DNA of 64,000 bases from Vicugna vicugna (taxonomy: Eukaryota): contig MU057999.1 in assembly GCA_013265495.1 (NCBI GenBank), positions 186,001 through 250,000 on the forward strand. The letters are read 5' to 3'. Under the pieces are notes generated by a model. That model was not told the origin of the DNA. It did not search any database and saw nothing but the letters and a program-made list of their open reading frames with translations. The translations under genes and the position numbers were made by a program. This document shows positions 36,790 to 50,740 of the stretch, in pieces (the first letter of the stretch is position 1; every line of letters begins with the position of its first letter).

Positions 36790-39700
36790 AGTTTATGTAT
36801 TTTTTTCATAGAGTTCATCATACTGTACATAGTGCTTTGCAACTGAGTTTTTTGTGTTTAGCAAACAGGAAGTTCTCCCTGGTCAGTTTCTCCATATTCA
36901 CTTTATTACTACACAGTATCCACACTTTACCTGCTTCTTGCTGATAAGCTGGCATCTATTTTTGTTACAGTTATAAGTAATGCTGTACTAAGTTTCAGGC
37001 TTACCAACCATTTGTGAGGGTAACAATTTCCCTCATCAACACTTGACATTAAAGTGAGTTTAATTTTTGATAAATGTTGTTAAAAACAAAAGACCCCCTT
37101 GCTGCATTTCACTGCATCTCCCTGGCTTCAGACAGGGTGACCTCTTTCTTGTGTTTGTTGCACATTTGCATGTTCTCTTCTGCAAATTTTGCTCATATGC
37201 CTTGTCTAGTTATTTTCGTATCAAGTTGTTTGTCCTTTACCTACTGGTCTGCAGTGTTTTATATAGTCTGAAAATTAATTTTTGTCTATCACACATGTAA
37301 CACATATTTAAATTTTAGCAAAAGGATGTTTAATACTAATTTTTGAGAAGGCTGTAAGATAAAGCTTTCTAATTTTTTCCCCAAATAGGTATTTTTTAAA
37401 CACCAATATTTAAATAGTTTTGTCACCTTAATAAAATCTCATTTAATCATTCGCCCATTTTCACATGTAAATGTGCCCATTTCTGGCCTCTCTATTCTGT
37501 TCCAGTGATATATTTTCAAATCCTTAGTAAGTCATCACTACTGCTAACTGCCATCCTTCTTTTTTTTTTTTTTCAAAATATTCTTGGCTATTCCTGCACA
37601 TTTTTTTTCTTCCAGATAAATTTTAGAGTAAGCCTACCAAGTTCATTTTATTTGACATCCACTCATTCCTTTTTCAATGTTCTTGCTTTGTGTAGATCTG
37701 AGTTCCTGACTTCTATTATTTTCCTTCTCTAAAGAATTTTCTTGAACATTTCTTGCAAGGAATGTCTACCAGCAACAAATTCCCTGAATTTTTGTTGGTC
37801 AGAGAAGGTCTTTATTTCTTTATCACGTTTGAAGGAAAATTTTGCAAGGTAAGGAATTCTTGGTTGGTGAGATTTTTTTTCTCTCAACACTGTAATTTCA
37901 CTCCACTATCTTCTTGTCTGCATGTTTTCTCTAAGGTGAGATCGGATGCTAATTCTTATCTTTGTTCCTCATTTTTCCCCCTCTGGCTTCCTTCAGAATT
38001 CTTTTATCTTTGATTCTCTGCGGTTTGAAAATGATATGCCTAGATCTGCCCCACCCACCCGCCCGCCTGCCCGCCTGCCTGCCCGCCTCCCTCCCTTCTT
38101 CCTTTCTTTTTTGGCATTTATCCCGCTTGATGTTCTCTGAGCTCCTTCCTAGGTCTGTGGTTTGGTATCTGACACTAACTTGGGAAAATTTTCAGTAATT
38201 ATTGTTCCAAGTATTTCTTCTGTTCCTTTCTCTCTTTCTTCTCCTCTGGTCCTCCCATTACACATAAACAACACTTTTTGTTTTTGTCTCATAGACCTTA
38301 ACTATTCTGTTCTTTTTTGATTGTTTTGTTTTTCAATCTTTGTTCTCTTTGCTTTTCAGCTTTGGAAGTTTCTATAGAGAGATCCTCTAGCTCAGAGCTT
38401 CTTCCTCCGTTGTGTCCAGCCCACTAGTAAGCCCATCAGAGGAATTCTTCATTTCTCTCAGTGTTCCTGATCTCTAGTATTTCTTCCTCTGCTCGCACTG
38501 TTCACGTGTTTTCACACACTGACTATCCATTAGTGCCCTGAGCATATTAATTGCAGCTGTTTTAAATTTGTGGTCTGATAATTGCAATATCCCTCCCATG
38601 TCTGGTTCTGATGTTTGCTCTGTCTTTTCAAATTGTTTTTGCCCTTTAGTATACTTGTAAATTTTCCCTTGATGGCTGGATATGACATACTGGTAAATAG
38701 GCATTTAGTAATGTGGTAGTGAGGTGGGGGAGAGGGGAAGGGTTTCTATAAGTAAGTCTCAGTCTTTTATTGAGCCTGTAGCTCTGCATTGTGAATTTCA
38801 CAAGTGTTTCTTGGGTATTTTTTTCTCCCCTACTAGGTGGGACAGAGTAGCTAGAAGGAAGGGGGGCAGATCGGGGATTCTCCTTCTCCCATGTGGAAGG
38901 CTGGAGCCGCCTGGAGGTGGGCATTTCCCTTTCCCCAGGTCAATTAGGCTCTGAAAATACCCAAGTAGGTTCGGCTCCAGTTAACTAGTAACCCCAGTAT
39001 GGGGGCCTTGTTAAAAACAGAGTACTCTGATGTATTTCAGAATGGTTTCTTTTCTCCCTCTCCCTGCTGGAGGCACAAAGGGATTTTCCTCTGATATTCA
39101 CTGTGAGAACCTGGCCATGCTCCTGGAGGTAAAACTCACAAAAGTGTGGGGTAGTCCCATGACCGGGTCCCCCATACTTTTCACCTGTCACACTTGTCCA
39201 CAGTGGGCCTCCACAAGCTTGTGAATCAGAGTTCGTGTTTCCCTACCCCAGCGCTGACTCCTGCTCATGAGGCTCTGCTAAGCTACGGCTCCCCAGGTGT
39301 GCCAGTGTGTCTCCCCAGCCTTGGGGGCAATGGTTTGCCCCATGCCCTCACCTCTCAGGGATCCAAGGAAAGATGCTGATTTGTCAGTCTGTTCCTGGTT
39401 GCTATGGAGTGGCAACTTCTAAGCTTCTTACATGCAGAGCCGGAAACTGGAAGTCCCCACCAAGTTTGTTTTAAAAGCGAACTATTTATAACCACGTTAA
39501 AAAAACAAACTGTGTTAAACCTATTTTATATACATATATATACACACACACACACATATATATACATATACACACACACATATTTATAAAATATATATTT
39601 ATAAATGTATTGAATCTATTAATTTGAAAAGAACTGACTTATAAACATTTTGCATCCCTGTATCCAGGAACATGTTTGACATCTCCATTTATTCAGGGTT

Positions 39701-40110
39701 GCTTTTTAGTAAATTCAATAACTTCAATAATGCTTGATAGGTTTTCATATTTCTTGCACATTTTTTGACAAGTTTATTCCCAAATATACTATATGGTTGT
39801 TTTTAAAACTATTTTTATAAAGTCCTTTTTTAAAAAAAATAAGGTATCCTGATTGGTTATTATTGGCTTCTTGGAATGCTAGTGGTTTTAGTAAGTTATT
39901 CTCTACTCGGTCTCTTTCTTTTGTTTTTCGGTTGGTTTTGCTTTTTTATTAGTTTTAATCGTTTGTCTAATAGTTTTATTATTTCTATTTGTCAGCTGAG
40001 TCTCCTGCATTTGCTCGCTCGACCATGAAATCATCTGGAAAAAAAATAACAGTTTTGTCATCATCCCGGAACACCTCCCCCAAATTATTTCTTATTCATG
40101 TCTTACTGTT
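36790..40110 (-). mobile_element. Antisense L1 fragments: L1MC/MD-like 5'/ORF1 piece (~37640-39440) nested in an older L1ME-like ORF2
   Basis: ORF 38474-38704 (ILQLSDHKFKTAAINMLRALMD) is L1 ORF1; T-rich antisense ORF2 motifs lie on both sides. Confidence 0.7.
39527..39605. repeat. Mixed (TA)n/(CA)n microsatellite
   Basis: Direct reading. Confidence 0.85.
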
Positions 40111-40476
40111 TCATGAGATTTTGAGAAAGTAGGCCAGGCAGAAATGAGGTCGCAATCCAAATGTATGGACCACATGAGCAAAGAAGCCACCATGAATCAA
40201 AGTTAGCAAAGGCATGAACAGCTTGAAACTTCTGAGAACTTTGAGAAATGGAATCAATAGACCCAGATTATTAAAAAGGAATGTGTACAATGATTAAAGA
40301 AAGGAAAGATGTAATGAAACACATAAGCAGCTACTTAGGTTGTTATATATATAAATGAGAAGAGAGAGCTTTTAGAAATGAAAAATACGGACACTGAACT
40401 CTAAAACCCAAATCCATTCAACAGCAGAGGAACCACAACTAAAAAACAGAATTGGTGAATCAGAAGGTAGGTTACA

Positions 40477-40620
40477 GGGGGGAGGGTATAGCTCAAGTGG
40501 TAGAGCACATGCTTAGAACGCATGAGGTCCTGGGTTCAATCCCCAGTGCCTCCTCTAAAAATAAATAAATAAATAACCCTAATTACCCACCCCCAGCAAC
40601 ATAAAAAGAAAAAAAAAAAA
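40477..40620 (+). mobile_element. tRNA-Ala-derived camelid SINE (Vic-1-like), young copy
   Basis: ggggggagggtatagctcaagtggtagagc...ggtcctgggttcaatccccagt with an A-tail and a perfect 15-bp TSD agaaggtaggttaca (40462-40476 / 40621-40635). Confidence 0.93.
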
Positions 40621-41999
40621 AGAAGGTAGGTTACAAAAAGTTACCCAGAATGCAGTACAGAAAGTTAAAATGAGGAAAAATATTAAACAGAGGTTAAGAG
40701 ATGTGGAAGATAGAATAGAAAAAGGCAACATTTGCCTTCAAAAATATTTTTTCTCTCTTATTGTTAGGGATTAATTAACCCAACAATATACTCTGGTCTT
40801 TGAGCCACAATTTGGCATTTTCTCCCAGACAACAGGAAGATAATCAAATGCTTACTGTAGTGAGTACACTTGCACAAAAATGTACTTTCCTTAGATACTC
40901 AAAAACAATTTCAAGGCCGCTTCCTGGTATCCTGTGCCTAGATGAGAAAGTATATTTGTAACAAAGGTACTGTGCACTTTCTAATTTCACCGCATAACAT
41001 TTTTTAAAATAAAAAAAATAAATCAGGGAACCTAATTCCTGGAGCAAGGAGTGAAGGAAGGGCCATTTGTCACAAAATCACCATGGCAGTTGCTGGTGCC
41101 TCCCTTCCATGGTCGGTCAGCCAACAGTGTCAACTCTTCAGAATGACATTCAAAGTGATGTTTATGCTAGTGAATTAGAGCAGGGAGCCGATGATGTCTG
41201 GGTCACGGGTCACTTCCTTAGTGGCTCACAGCCACAGGCCGCAGCCCAAGCCCAGAAGGCGCCTTGTGGTCTCAGGTCTGGGTCCAGAGGTTGGGGCCAC
41301 TGGGCCGAAGTTGTTACCACTACTAGAAAAGCAACTCCAGGGACTCTAGCTGGATCATGTACTTGCTTAAATATAGGCTGAGTGAATGCAGGAACATAGA
41401 AGCCAGCACTATGCAATGTCATGTGGACACAGATGAGGGAAAGTCTCATGTAAAAACTCCCTGCACGTGGCCATCTCACCCTGCAAGTCAATAGCTTTCT
41501 CTCTGTTTCTTTCAGGAGTGTGTGTCTTGGAAACCAACTTTGTCTCTGGCATACCTTTCTCCAAGGCTTTTGAATACACTGAATAGATTTTTTTATCAGA
41601 ATAATGAATTCCATATGTGTGCATTTCTCAGTGGGAAGTGGGAGGATTACCTTTATTTGGTCAGTAAAATCACTCGTCGCTGTAAGAAATCATTATATTT
41701 AATAAACCCTGAGTGCTAGAAAAAGTTGCAGAGGAGAGGATGGAGTGGGCCTTCATTGCTTAGGGAGCTTACAATGTAACAGACCCCAAAATATACCTCT
41801 CTGACATTCACATGATGCTAGGCATCCACACTTGTTTGCAGGAAAACATTTATCATACCAATTTTTCAGAATGTTTGAAATAAATGCTTGAGTGATTTTT
41901 TTTTTAAAGGAAAAAGAAGGTAACTTTGGCAGCCAGGGTGGCACTGGGAAGAAAACAGGGACAAAAGGCCCAAACAAGATGTTTTTGCCAAAGACTGGG

Positions 42000-43830
42000 G
42001 GAGGGAGCAGAGGGGACAGGAGAGGTTGCCCCGTCGACCTACAGATAAGATGCTCTCAGGAGGATGGGGGCGCTGGAGAGAGCGTATCAGAGAGACCCCA
42101 AATTCTGCCCCTGGATGACTCAGTAAGAACCACAACAGAAGGAGTGAAGGTAGCCTCCTGGGAGACCCTGATGGAGGACTGAAAAAGGAGAGGACGAGTT
42201 TTGTGTTGTCTGTGTTGGGTTTGAGGTAGCTGTGTGACATCCAGGTGGGGATGCCCAGGGGGAGATGTTAAAAAAGGCCTGGACGAGAGACCAGGTGTGG
42301 GGGTGCTGGGCACAAAGCAGTTATCTGAGCAGGGACGGAATCACTGAGGGACAAGATGGAGAGAGAAGACTGGGATAAGAACCACAGGATCCTCCCCAGT
42401 TTGGGGAATGGGAGAAAGAAGCTTATGTAGAAGGTAAGAGGAAGAAAAGGTCCAGGAGAGAAGCAGTGAGGGAAGAGAGGGTTTCATGCGGGGTGATGTG
42501 GCTGGGAGGGTCAGGAGGAGGAGGAGGATTGAGAAAAGGCCACTGAATCTGGCAGCCTTGGGAGCCTTAGGACCTGCAGAGGGAGGTGTCCCAGAGAGTA
42601 AGGACACTCTGGTCCCCAGGCAGGGGTGCTGACACCTGAGTGAGCCAAGAGATGGCCCAGGGGAGGCTGAGCCCTCCTCTTCCAGGCAGTGTGATGGTAC
42701 CAGGCAGGGGAGACACTGAATGTGGGGTGGAGGGAGGTCATGACAGGGGAGGAGGCCACCAGACAGGAAAATCATAGGGAATGAAGACCATAAGCAGGAA
42801 ACTGCCTAGGGGACCCAGGGCGGGAGGGGACAGTAGTGATGACAAGAGGGAGAGGTGAGAAAGCTCTTCTGAAAGAGGGGATGGATGTCCCAGGAACAGG
42901 ACATGGACTTTCTCAGGAAAGAAAGGGGAGCCGATGACTGGGGCTGAATTAGGGGAGGGCGAAAGGGGAGGGAGGAGTCAGAACAGGAGGGAGAGGGTTA
43001 AGATGGGGATGATGGGGCCAGGCGGGGCCGGCATGAAGGAGAGGACAGTGAAGACAGTCCATGGGCGACCAACTGGACAGACCTCAGCGCAAAGTAACTC
43101 GGGTCAAGCAAAGAACAGCTGAGTTTCCAAGAGGGCCCCTGGCCTGGCCTGCTGCTTAGAGAATGAGCTGGAGGTTATGCTGGGTCGGCCTTCCTTTCTC
43201 CTGAGCCCCAGGGACCTCTCGGAGGGCTGAACACTCCCCAGCCCAAGAAGTCCTTCTGTCTAGTGTGGCCACCTTGGCCTTGCTTTGTTTCCTGAGCTTT
43301 CCTCGCTTTACCCACTGCTTCCAGGAGATGGAAGGGATGCTTCCTGTGAATTCCCTTCTGGCATTCCCGCCCAGGCTCCTGGGGCCCGCAGCTGTTCTGG
43401 AGAATCAAGCTGCGCCACACTTGTCCACTGTGATGATCCAGCCAGGCCTCTGGTCGGGAGGACCCCCGTCACGGGACGGCTCAGACGGCTAAGAGTAGAA
43501 GGGACTGCAGCAGGGGAGGCTGGAGGGCGGCTTCACTGGAAAGGGGTTGTAGTTGTCCAGGCAGGAATGATGGAGGCCTGGACCAGAGCAGTGGAGACGC
43601 AGTGAAGAGAAGGGGGTCGGGGGGAGGTTGCAGGGACACACTTTAGAAGTAGTGGACTGAGTACGGGGGTGAGAGAAGGAGAGGAACCACGCCTGGTCCC
43701 ACGCACCAGGTGGCTCTCAGTGTTGTCATCTGAACAGCAGACTTCTTAGTGCGACATGCACTGGGTGAGCCTGATGGTCTGGAGTGTTTTCTCCGAGCCT
43801 GGGAAACCTCAGTGAAGACAGCAGATGTCT
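42000..43830 (-). mobile_element. Ancient L2 fragments
   Basis: Purine-rich antisense L2 motifs (ttgggtttgaggtagctgtgtgacatccaggtggggatg; gtagttgtccaggcaggaatgatggaggcctggaccagagcagt). Confidence 0.55.
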
Positions 43831-45419
43831 GTTTTCCCAAGAAGGGGCAAGGGTAGGCAGGGCCTTCGGATGACTGGACGGGAGCTTAAGAGGGGCCACT
43901 TCTCCTGCCCAGCCTCTGCAGGGACTTCCCTGAGAGAGTCAGGGTCAAAGTCTCTGAGCCAGCTCTGGGGAGGATGTGAGAGGTCCAGCCTTGTGGGACC
44001 ACCTCAGGCCTGACCCCCCAGCTTCTCCCAGCTCCTGCTCGGGGTACAACCGTGGCAGTGGGGGCCTGGAGGCCAGGCCAGACTCCTCTCAGCATCCTGA
44101 GAAGAGAAATCCCCTGTGACCCGATGTGACGCAGCTTTCCACAAATGGCATTTTTGGTTTTTACCCCTGGGAAATGGAGTATTTGTTTTCCAAGAAACAG
44201 ATTCTTGGATAGAAAGAACTAGATTTGCAAATAAAAATTTTAATGAAAGTGGGGGATGGTGGGGGTGAAAGGAAGGCAGCCAGACAGATTTCAGCTGATG
44301 CCATAAGCGGTTTTCTCAACACCAGGATGTGTGCAAAGCTGTAGTCATACCCTGGGACCAAAGTGGTCTGAGCCACTGGGTTTAGAGGGGTGGGAGTTGG
44401 GGCGGTGGGGTAGGCAGAAGCTCACAGATGCAGGCTATCATCACACTATTGGGACCAATTAGGAAACCAAAGTCAAGGACAGAAGTGACGGCCACTCAGA
44501 TGAACAAGGGTCATGCATGTCCGGGTGGCCCCACACAGACCCTAGGGCATTCCTATCCCACAGGCAGTGGCCTGAGCAGTTCCCCCTTAGAACAGGGCCA
44601 CTGCCCCTCCAGGGACTACCCCACATCTCCAGAGATGCTGGAGATGCCTTCCCCAAGGGTTCAGGCTTCGCAGGTTTTACTAGGCCCTGGAGGAAGGCTC
44701 TCTGGGGCTGGAACCCTGGGGGTGTCTACAGCTTCAGAGCCTTTCCTCCCCTGCACACTGCACCGTAACTGGCTGGTTATACGATCTAACCCCCCTCTAC
44801 TGTCCTCCCCCCGCCCCCCGGGCTGTGAGAACAGGATGCACTTCTAGCCTTCTCTATTCCCAGGGCCTGCCTGGCAGAGCTTAACAGTGTTTTAGTTGAA
44901 TAAACAGAAAAATGACCAAATCCTCAACCAGCTGATCAAATTCCTTTGGTACAGTATAAACTTACTGTTCCTGAGTGGTGAGGATGAACAGCCAACTTGT
45001 ATCCCTAAAAACCCCTCCTACACCCACGGCCTGGCAGGGAGAAAAGGCAAGGATGGAGATGTATTCCTCCCCATGCCTTGTGCCCACAAGGCCCAGCACG
45101 GGAGGCAGCCGGGCTGGCATCGAGATCCGCTCGTTCTGTTCTCCTGAACATGATCTACAGGTGAGCTACGCTCTGCTGTGAAAAGATGAGATGAGCTGGG
45201 CCGATCAGATGGTCTGGCTCGGAAATCTGACTTGAAAATAAGCAAAGAAACTGCCTGTTAGTAGTAGTTAATGTAGTAAGTACACGGGAGGTTAGAAAGG
45301 CCACATGTTAGCTTTAGTTACAAACTATACACAAGCAGAGTCAGAAGCCGGCTGGTACCCAGACAGAAGCCAAGAGGAGACTTTAAAAGGCTGCAGATCG
45401 AGGACAGCCTCTTCAGCAG

Positions 45420-46342
45420 ATAAACGCAAAGATAAACAGGTGGGACTACGCCAAACTAAGAAGCTTTTGCACAGCAAAGGAAACGAAAAGGCAGTCTATG
45501 AATGGGACTGGATATTTGCAAACCGTTTATCTGACAAGGGGCCAGTATCTAAAACACATAACGAGCTCATACAACTCAACTGAAAGAAGACAAACAGCCC
45601 AATTACAAAACGGGCAGAGGACCTGAACAGATACTTTTCCAAAGACGTACAGGTGGCCAGCAAAGACATGAAAAGATGCTCAACATCACTAATGACCAGG
45701 GAAATGCAATTCAAAACCACAGTGTGACATCATCTCACACCTGTCAGAATGGCTATTTTCAGAACAAGTGTGGACGAGGATGTGGAGAAAAGGGAACCCT
45801 CATGCACTATTGGTGGGAATGTAAATTGGTGCAGCCACCATGGAAAAGAGTATGAAGGTTCCTCAAAAAATTAAAGCTAGAACTAGCATATGATCCAGCT
45901 ATTCCACTTCTGAGCATTTCCCTGAAGAAAACGGAAACACCAATTTGGAAACACGTATGCATCCCTATGTTCACTGCAGCATTATTAACAAGAGCGAGGA
46001 TACGGAAGCAACTGAAACGTCCATCCACAGATGAATAAAGAAGATGTGGTGTTTACACACACACTCACAGAGGAATACCACTCAGCCATAAAAAAGAGTG
46101 AAATCTTGCTATTGGCAACAACATGGATTATACTAAGTGAAATAAGTCAGAGAAAGATAAATACCATATGACTTCACTTATATATGGAATCTAAAGAACA
46201 GAACAAAATAAAACAGAAACAGCCTATGGATACAGAGAACAGGTAGTTGCCAGAGGGGAGGGGCGTGGGGAGGGATGAAAAAAATGGTTAACTACGTGAG
46301 TTAATGAATGCTACTTAGCTTGACTGTGGTGATCATTTCACA

Positions 46343-46378
<36 letters not shown>

Positions 46379-46450
46379 ACACGAAACCATCATGTACACC
46401 TTAAATATATATAATTTTTGTCAACTACACTTCAAAAAAGCTGAAAAAAG
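45420..46450 (+). mobile_element. L1 (L1MA-like) ORF2 C-terminus plus 3' UTR
   Basis: aagcttttgcacagcaaagg, catgaaaagatgctcaacatcact, gatccagctattccacttctg ... tgtacaccttaaatatatataatttttgtcaact. Confidence 0.9.
46344..46376. repeat. (TG)16 microsatellite
   Basis: Direct reading. Confidence 0.95.
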
Positions 46451-47129
46451 ATTTCAAAAGTTAAATTAGATGTTTAAAAGGACCGTCTCTTGGAAGAGAC
46501 GACACGCTCGGTAGTTTTGCAGGTGAGGGGCCACCTAGACTGCCGGGAAGTGGGGCAGGAAGGGGAGAGAGTGCAAGTGGAGGCACAAAAGGGACGTGTG
46601 TAAGAACAACTGGGTTAGTCTGGTGAGTAGCGAGCCAGGGAGGGGAGAAGGTGTGTGTGAGGGAGAGAGCAGGGGCCAGGTGGTGGAGGTACTGTGTGCT
46701 AAGATGGGAAGTCTGGCCACTGTGCAGGGGAATCAGATCTGCTCTGGGAACCTCCATCTCACCACGTCACCCTCTCAAACCCATGGCTTCAGCATAGGTC
46801 TTGTCATCTCCCAGACTAAGCCACCTCTAAACCCAGTGCTGATCCCACTCCCCCCACAAACCACTAAGTCCTATTCCAACCACTGACTCCCTTAGCCTAC
46901 ATCTACCCTGCAACCTCCTAGACCCTCAACATCCTGCCCTGACTGCCCTGCCCAGCTGGAGCTCACAGCTGACCACTGGAACTCCATCTCATCAGTACCC
47001 TAAACCCTCTTGCACTGCTACCCTCACACCTGTCCACACTCCATCAGCCCCACATTCAGTCCTCCCTTCTGTGGCAGACTCCTGGCTGGCTCCCCTAATC
47101 TGTTTTCTTCTTCTATAATACAGAGTTTT

Positions 47130-47510
47130 AGCTGGGGACATGGCTGCCAGCTAGACCCGTTTCCCAGACTTCTGTGCAGCCAGGTGCCAAGTTCCCACCA
47201 ATGGAATGTGAGCAGAAGTGATGCGTACAACTCCTTTCTCCTTGACCTAAAAGGAAATTACTTGCCTTCCACTTCTGCTCTCACCGCTTCCAGGAGCTGG
47301 AACACTGATGTGGCAGAGGCCCAGCTGTGGCCACGCAGCCCCACCAGCACAGCCTACGGAATGGTGGAACAGGACAGTAGGGACCGAGGACCCTGACAGG
47401 TTCTGGAAAAGGAGCCACTCTACCGGCCGGTGCCACCCTCTTCCCTTGGGACTATAATGTGAGAGAGAAATATTCATATGATTTAATCCACTCCTTGTTA
47501 CAGCAGATTT
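47130..47510 (+). mobile_element. MaLR MLT1-type LTR
   Basis: ccaatggaatgtgagcagaagtgatg...gagagagaaatattcatatgatttaatccact. Confidence 0.65.
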
Positions 47511-49769
47511 TACTGCAGTCAAATCTGTGGAGAAAAATGCCGTAACCGATGAGAACAGTACCACCATGCATTCCTCGTCTCCACCTCAGCTGAGTTCCAC
47601 CTTCACTTGGTCCTGATCAGCTCGCTTGCAAATTTCCTCTAGTAAAAGCGCAAACTCTCATGTTTATCAGGACCCTGTCCAATGTCTAACTCTCAAACCA
47701 CAATCCTGTCTCTTAGGGCACTACAAATGTTGAGGCCACCAAGGAGGGTCTCCCACCATGTCCCACACACCCCAGCAAGCCTCTCCTCTTACCCCAGTGG
47801 CACTGGGGTCCTTGTCTCTGTGCTCTGATTGGACTCCCTGGAGTAAATTCACAGCTCCACTATGTACTACCTTGCAACCCATCTCAGTCTTCCTTTCCTC
47901 ATCTGCAAAATGGGGATGACAATACTGCTTAACAGGACCATGAGGGTTGATGAGATAACGCATGTAAAGCGACTAGCTCAATGCCTGGTATACAGTGAGC
48001 AATGGCCACTTGCTACTAACACTACTAACACAAATGTGGCCACATTGCTACCTGACGGAGGCCCTCACTGAATCTCCAGCACCTACCGAAGTCGAAACCT
48101 CTCAGTATGCTGGGGCCTTCACAACACATCTACCATTTACCCCCGGAATTTTCTCTCATGCCACTCTCTGCCTTAAACACTATGTTCCAATAATACCAAA
48201 CTGCCCACAGATCTAAAAAGAGTAAAATACACATTCACTAACTTGACAAATGTATATTAAAATGCCTAATTTTGGAGTATTAGTGATTACTCCAATAAAT
48301 TAATTCCTCTTCCTGGAAAAAAACACCCACCTCTCTAAAAGGCACCAACATGAGAAAGAGCCTATTTTGTATCTTGTGTCTGGGAAGTGATACTGAATTT
48401 AGTTTCCTAAAATAAAAGTTAGGTTACCCTTCTTTCTGCTCTAAAATATGATGCTATGCTAAGGAAGTTATGGGGGGGAAAAAAGCAATCTTTATAACTA
48501 CTTTTAAATCTTATTCTATTATTTAAGTGCACTGGGAATACTGTATCCCATGGAAGGGGAAGGAGGCTCCTTTAAGAGGGACATATGATACATAAGCCAG
48601 TCAGTGAGGCTGGCAACAAAGGGATGCTAAAGAGCCAGAAGATGTCCAAAGTGGCCAGCAAGGACGGTGGCGGCAGGGGAAGGCCCTCGGGGCAGAGCCA
48701 GCCCCAGATTTCCACAAAGCCCGGCAACCTGGCTGCAGCCTCCTGTCTCTTCCTCTTCCTGCCTTCCCAGAAGAGTCAGGACGGACCCTAGAGAGTACTT
48801 ACCACGAGACAAGAGTCTGCTTGGCTGACCAAGAATGTCTGTTAGGTCAAATACAGCTGCCCTCCGCTAAGCTAGGTCATCTGTGGGTCTTCCTAGGGGG
48901 AAACAGAGAACATAGGCCAGAGGGCTGCTGCCTAGAGACTCCAACACAGAACTTAAACACAGGTTTACCAAGACACTGCGTTTCCTGACAGAGAGATTAC
49001 GGCCACGTCAAGCCCATTCTGGCCTGAGCAGGGTACGAGTTAGAAGAACTTCATTCAAAGTATGAACTCTGGTGCTTTTCTGGGGCTGTGACCAAGTCCT
49101 CCTCAAGTCCACCAGGGTCCGCAGAACGTCCCGTTCTCTGGGTTGTGCAGACAGCCTGGAAGGTCTTTTTTCAGATGTACATTAAGTAGTGCTGTGACCA
49201 AACAGTTTCAATCCCAAAATTAACAAGCCTCATATGAATACAAATAGTCTAAATAAAGGCACAAAAAATATAATCCAATAAATTCATGTGATATTTCATT
49301 AAAGGAATAAATAAATGTTTAAGCTCTTTATGTAAGAATTTTTATGGAGACAGCCAGCCAATCTCCAGCTTACTTCCAGAGGTCCTAGGCAGTCAGACCA
49401 TGAAGCCAGAGGAAAGGCATCTGATGGCAGATACCAAGGGCAAACACTGAGGAGAACATAAATACCCTTGCAAGGCCAGATCTATAAAGTGGTGGCAGAA
49501 TTATGGACCAGCAGAAAATAGTAAGGCCAGAGGCCAAAGGAACAGCAATCCCCATGGAATAGTAAGGATTTCCAGACATAGACTAAGAGGCTAACGTGCT
49601 AGGTAGTAACCCCTGCCAGGCCTTCTCCTCCAGGAACGGCAGCACTCACCCACCTAGCAGCAAGCTGACGGCACTCCCTGTGTTTGCTAAGATGTCACAA
49701 TCATTGTGCTTCCTCTCATAACTGACGAAACTCTGGAGCATTAAACACACTATGAAAGGAGGCCAGATG

Positions 49770-50740
49770 CCACTCCCTTACCCCATTTCTGCACAGGGCA
49801 GACATTGCTAGTTGCCCACCAATGGCCATCCCTACTTTCTTACCAACGGAAGCCCAATTTTATCCAAGGTAAGAATGTGCTCAACTAAAAAGTTTCCTCG
49901 AATGTGTATACACTGGTGAATGAATAGTATATATCCATTACAGTGAAAAACTGGGCAATTAAAAGAAATAAAGTACTGATACATGCTACAATATAGATGA
50001 ACCTCAACAATGTTATGCTAGGTGAAAGAAGCTGAAGGCCACGTACTGTATGATTCCATTTGTATGAAAGTCCCAGGATAGGCAAATCTAGAGAAACAGA
50101 AAGTAGGCTTGTGGCTGCCTAGAGCAGGGGTGGCAATGGGATTAGGAATGGCTCCTAATGGGTATGAGGCTTCTTTTTGTGATGATAGTAAAAATGAATT
50201 CAGTTGTGGTGATGGCTGAACAACCCGATGAATTTGAAAATCACTGAGCTGTAAAGTTTGAATGGGTGATGTGTGAATAAAGCTGTTGAAAGAAATCCAA
50301 CAAACCTCCTCTCCCAAGATGCCTGACTGAAGCGGTACCCATGTGCTGTATTTCTGGCCAGTCAGATGCTGGTGGAAGTATACTATGGAAAAGTTGTTTC
50401 CTCATTAAAAAAACAAACAAAAACCCAGCTAACTCATGCCTTTTGCCTTTCATCCTTCTCTCATCTTCCTACCTTGTAAAAACCTAGGCCTTGGTGGGGT
50501 CTCAGAACAAAAGCATGTTGGAGACGAGAGAGCAGCAAAAATGGAGGTCATGGATGGTAACGGATGGTGTCATGGGTAATGGATGGTGTCATGGGTAACG
50601 GATGGTGTCCTGGGATCACTGCACCAGCCCTGATTTGTCTCTCTCTGGATTTGTTATGGGAGAAAAATAAAACTCTGTCTCGTTAAGTGATTATAGCTGT
50701 ATTTCTGTAACTTGCAGCCAAATGCAATCCTTAATGGCAC
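49770..50740 (+). mobile_element. MLT1-type LTR split by an L1MB-like 3' end (~49900-50290)
   Basis: The L1 piece has tactgtatgattccatttgtatgaaagtcc...aataaagctgtt; the MLT1 end reads ttctgtaacttgcagccaaatgcaatcc. Confidence 0.6.
50556..50612. repeat. 19-bp minisatellite x3 (GGTAAYGGATGGTGTCMTG)
   Basis: Copies at 50556, 50575 and 50594. Confidence 0.9.

Noticed and set aside
40477..40555. tRNA-Ala-like gene (also at 7166, 16617 and 59378)
   Set aside because: Followed by an AT-rich SINE body and A-tail, with TSDs at three of the four copies; these are SINE heads, not tRNA genes.
50556..50612. CRISPR-like repeat array
   Set aside because: Head-to-tail units with no spacers, in a mammalian context with no cas genes.
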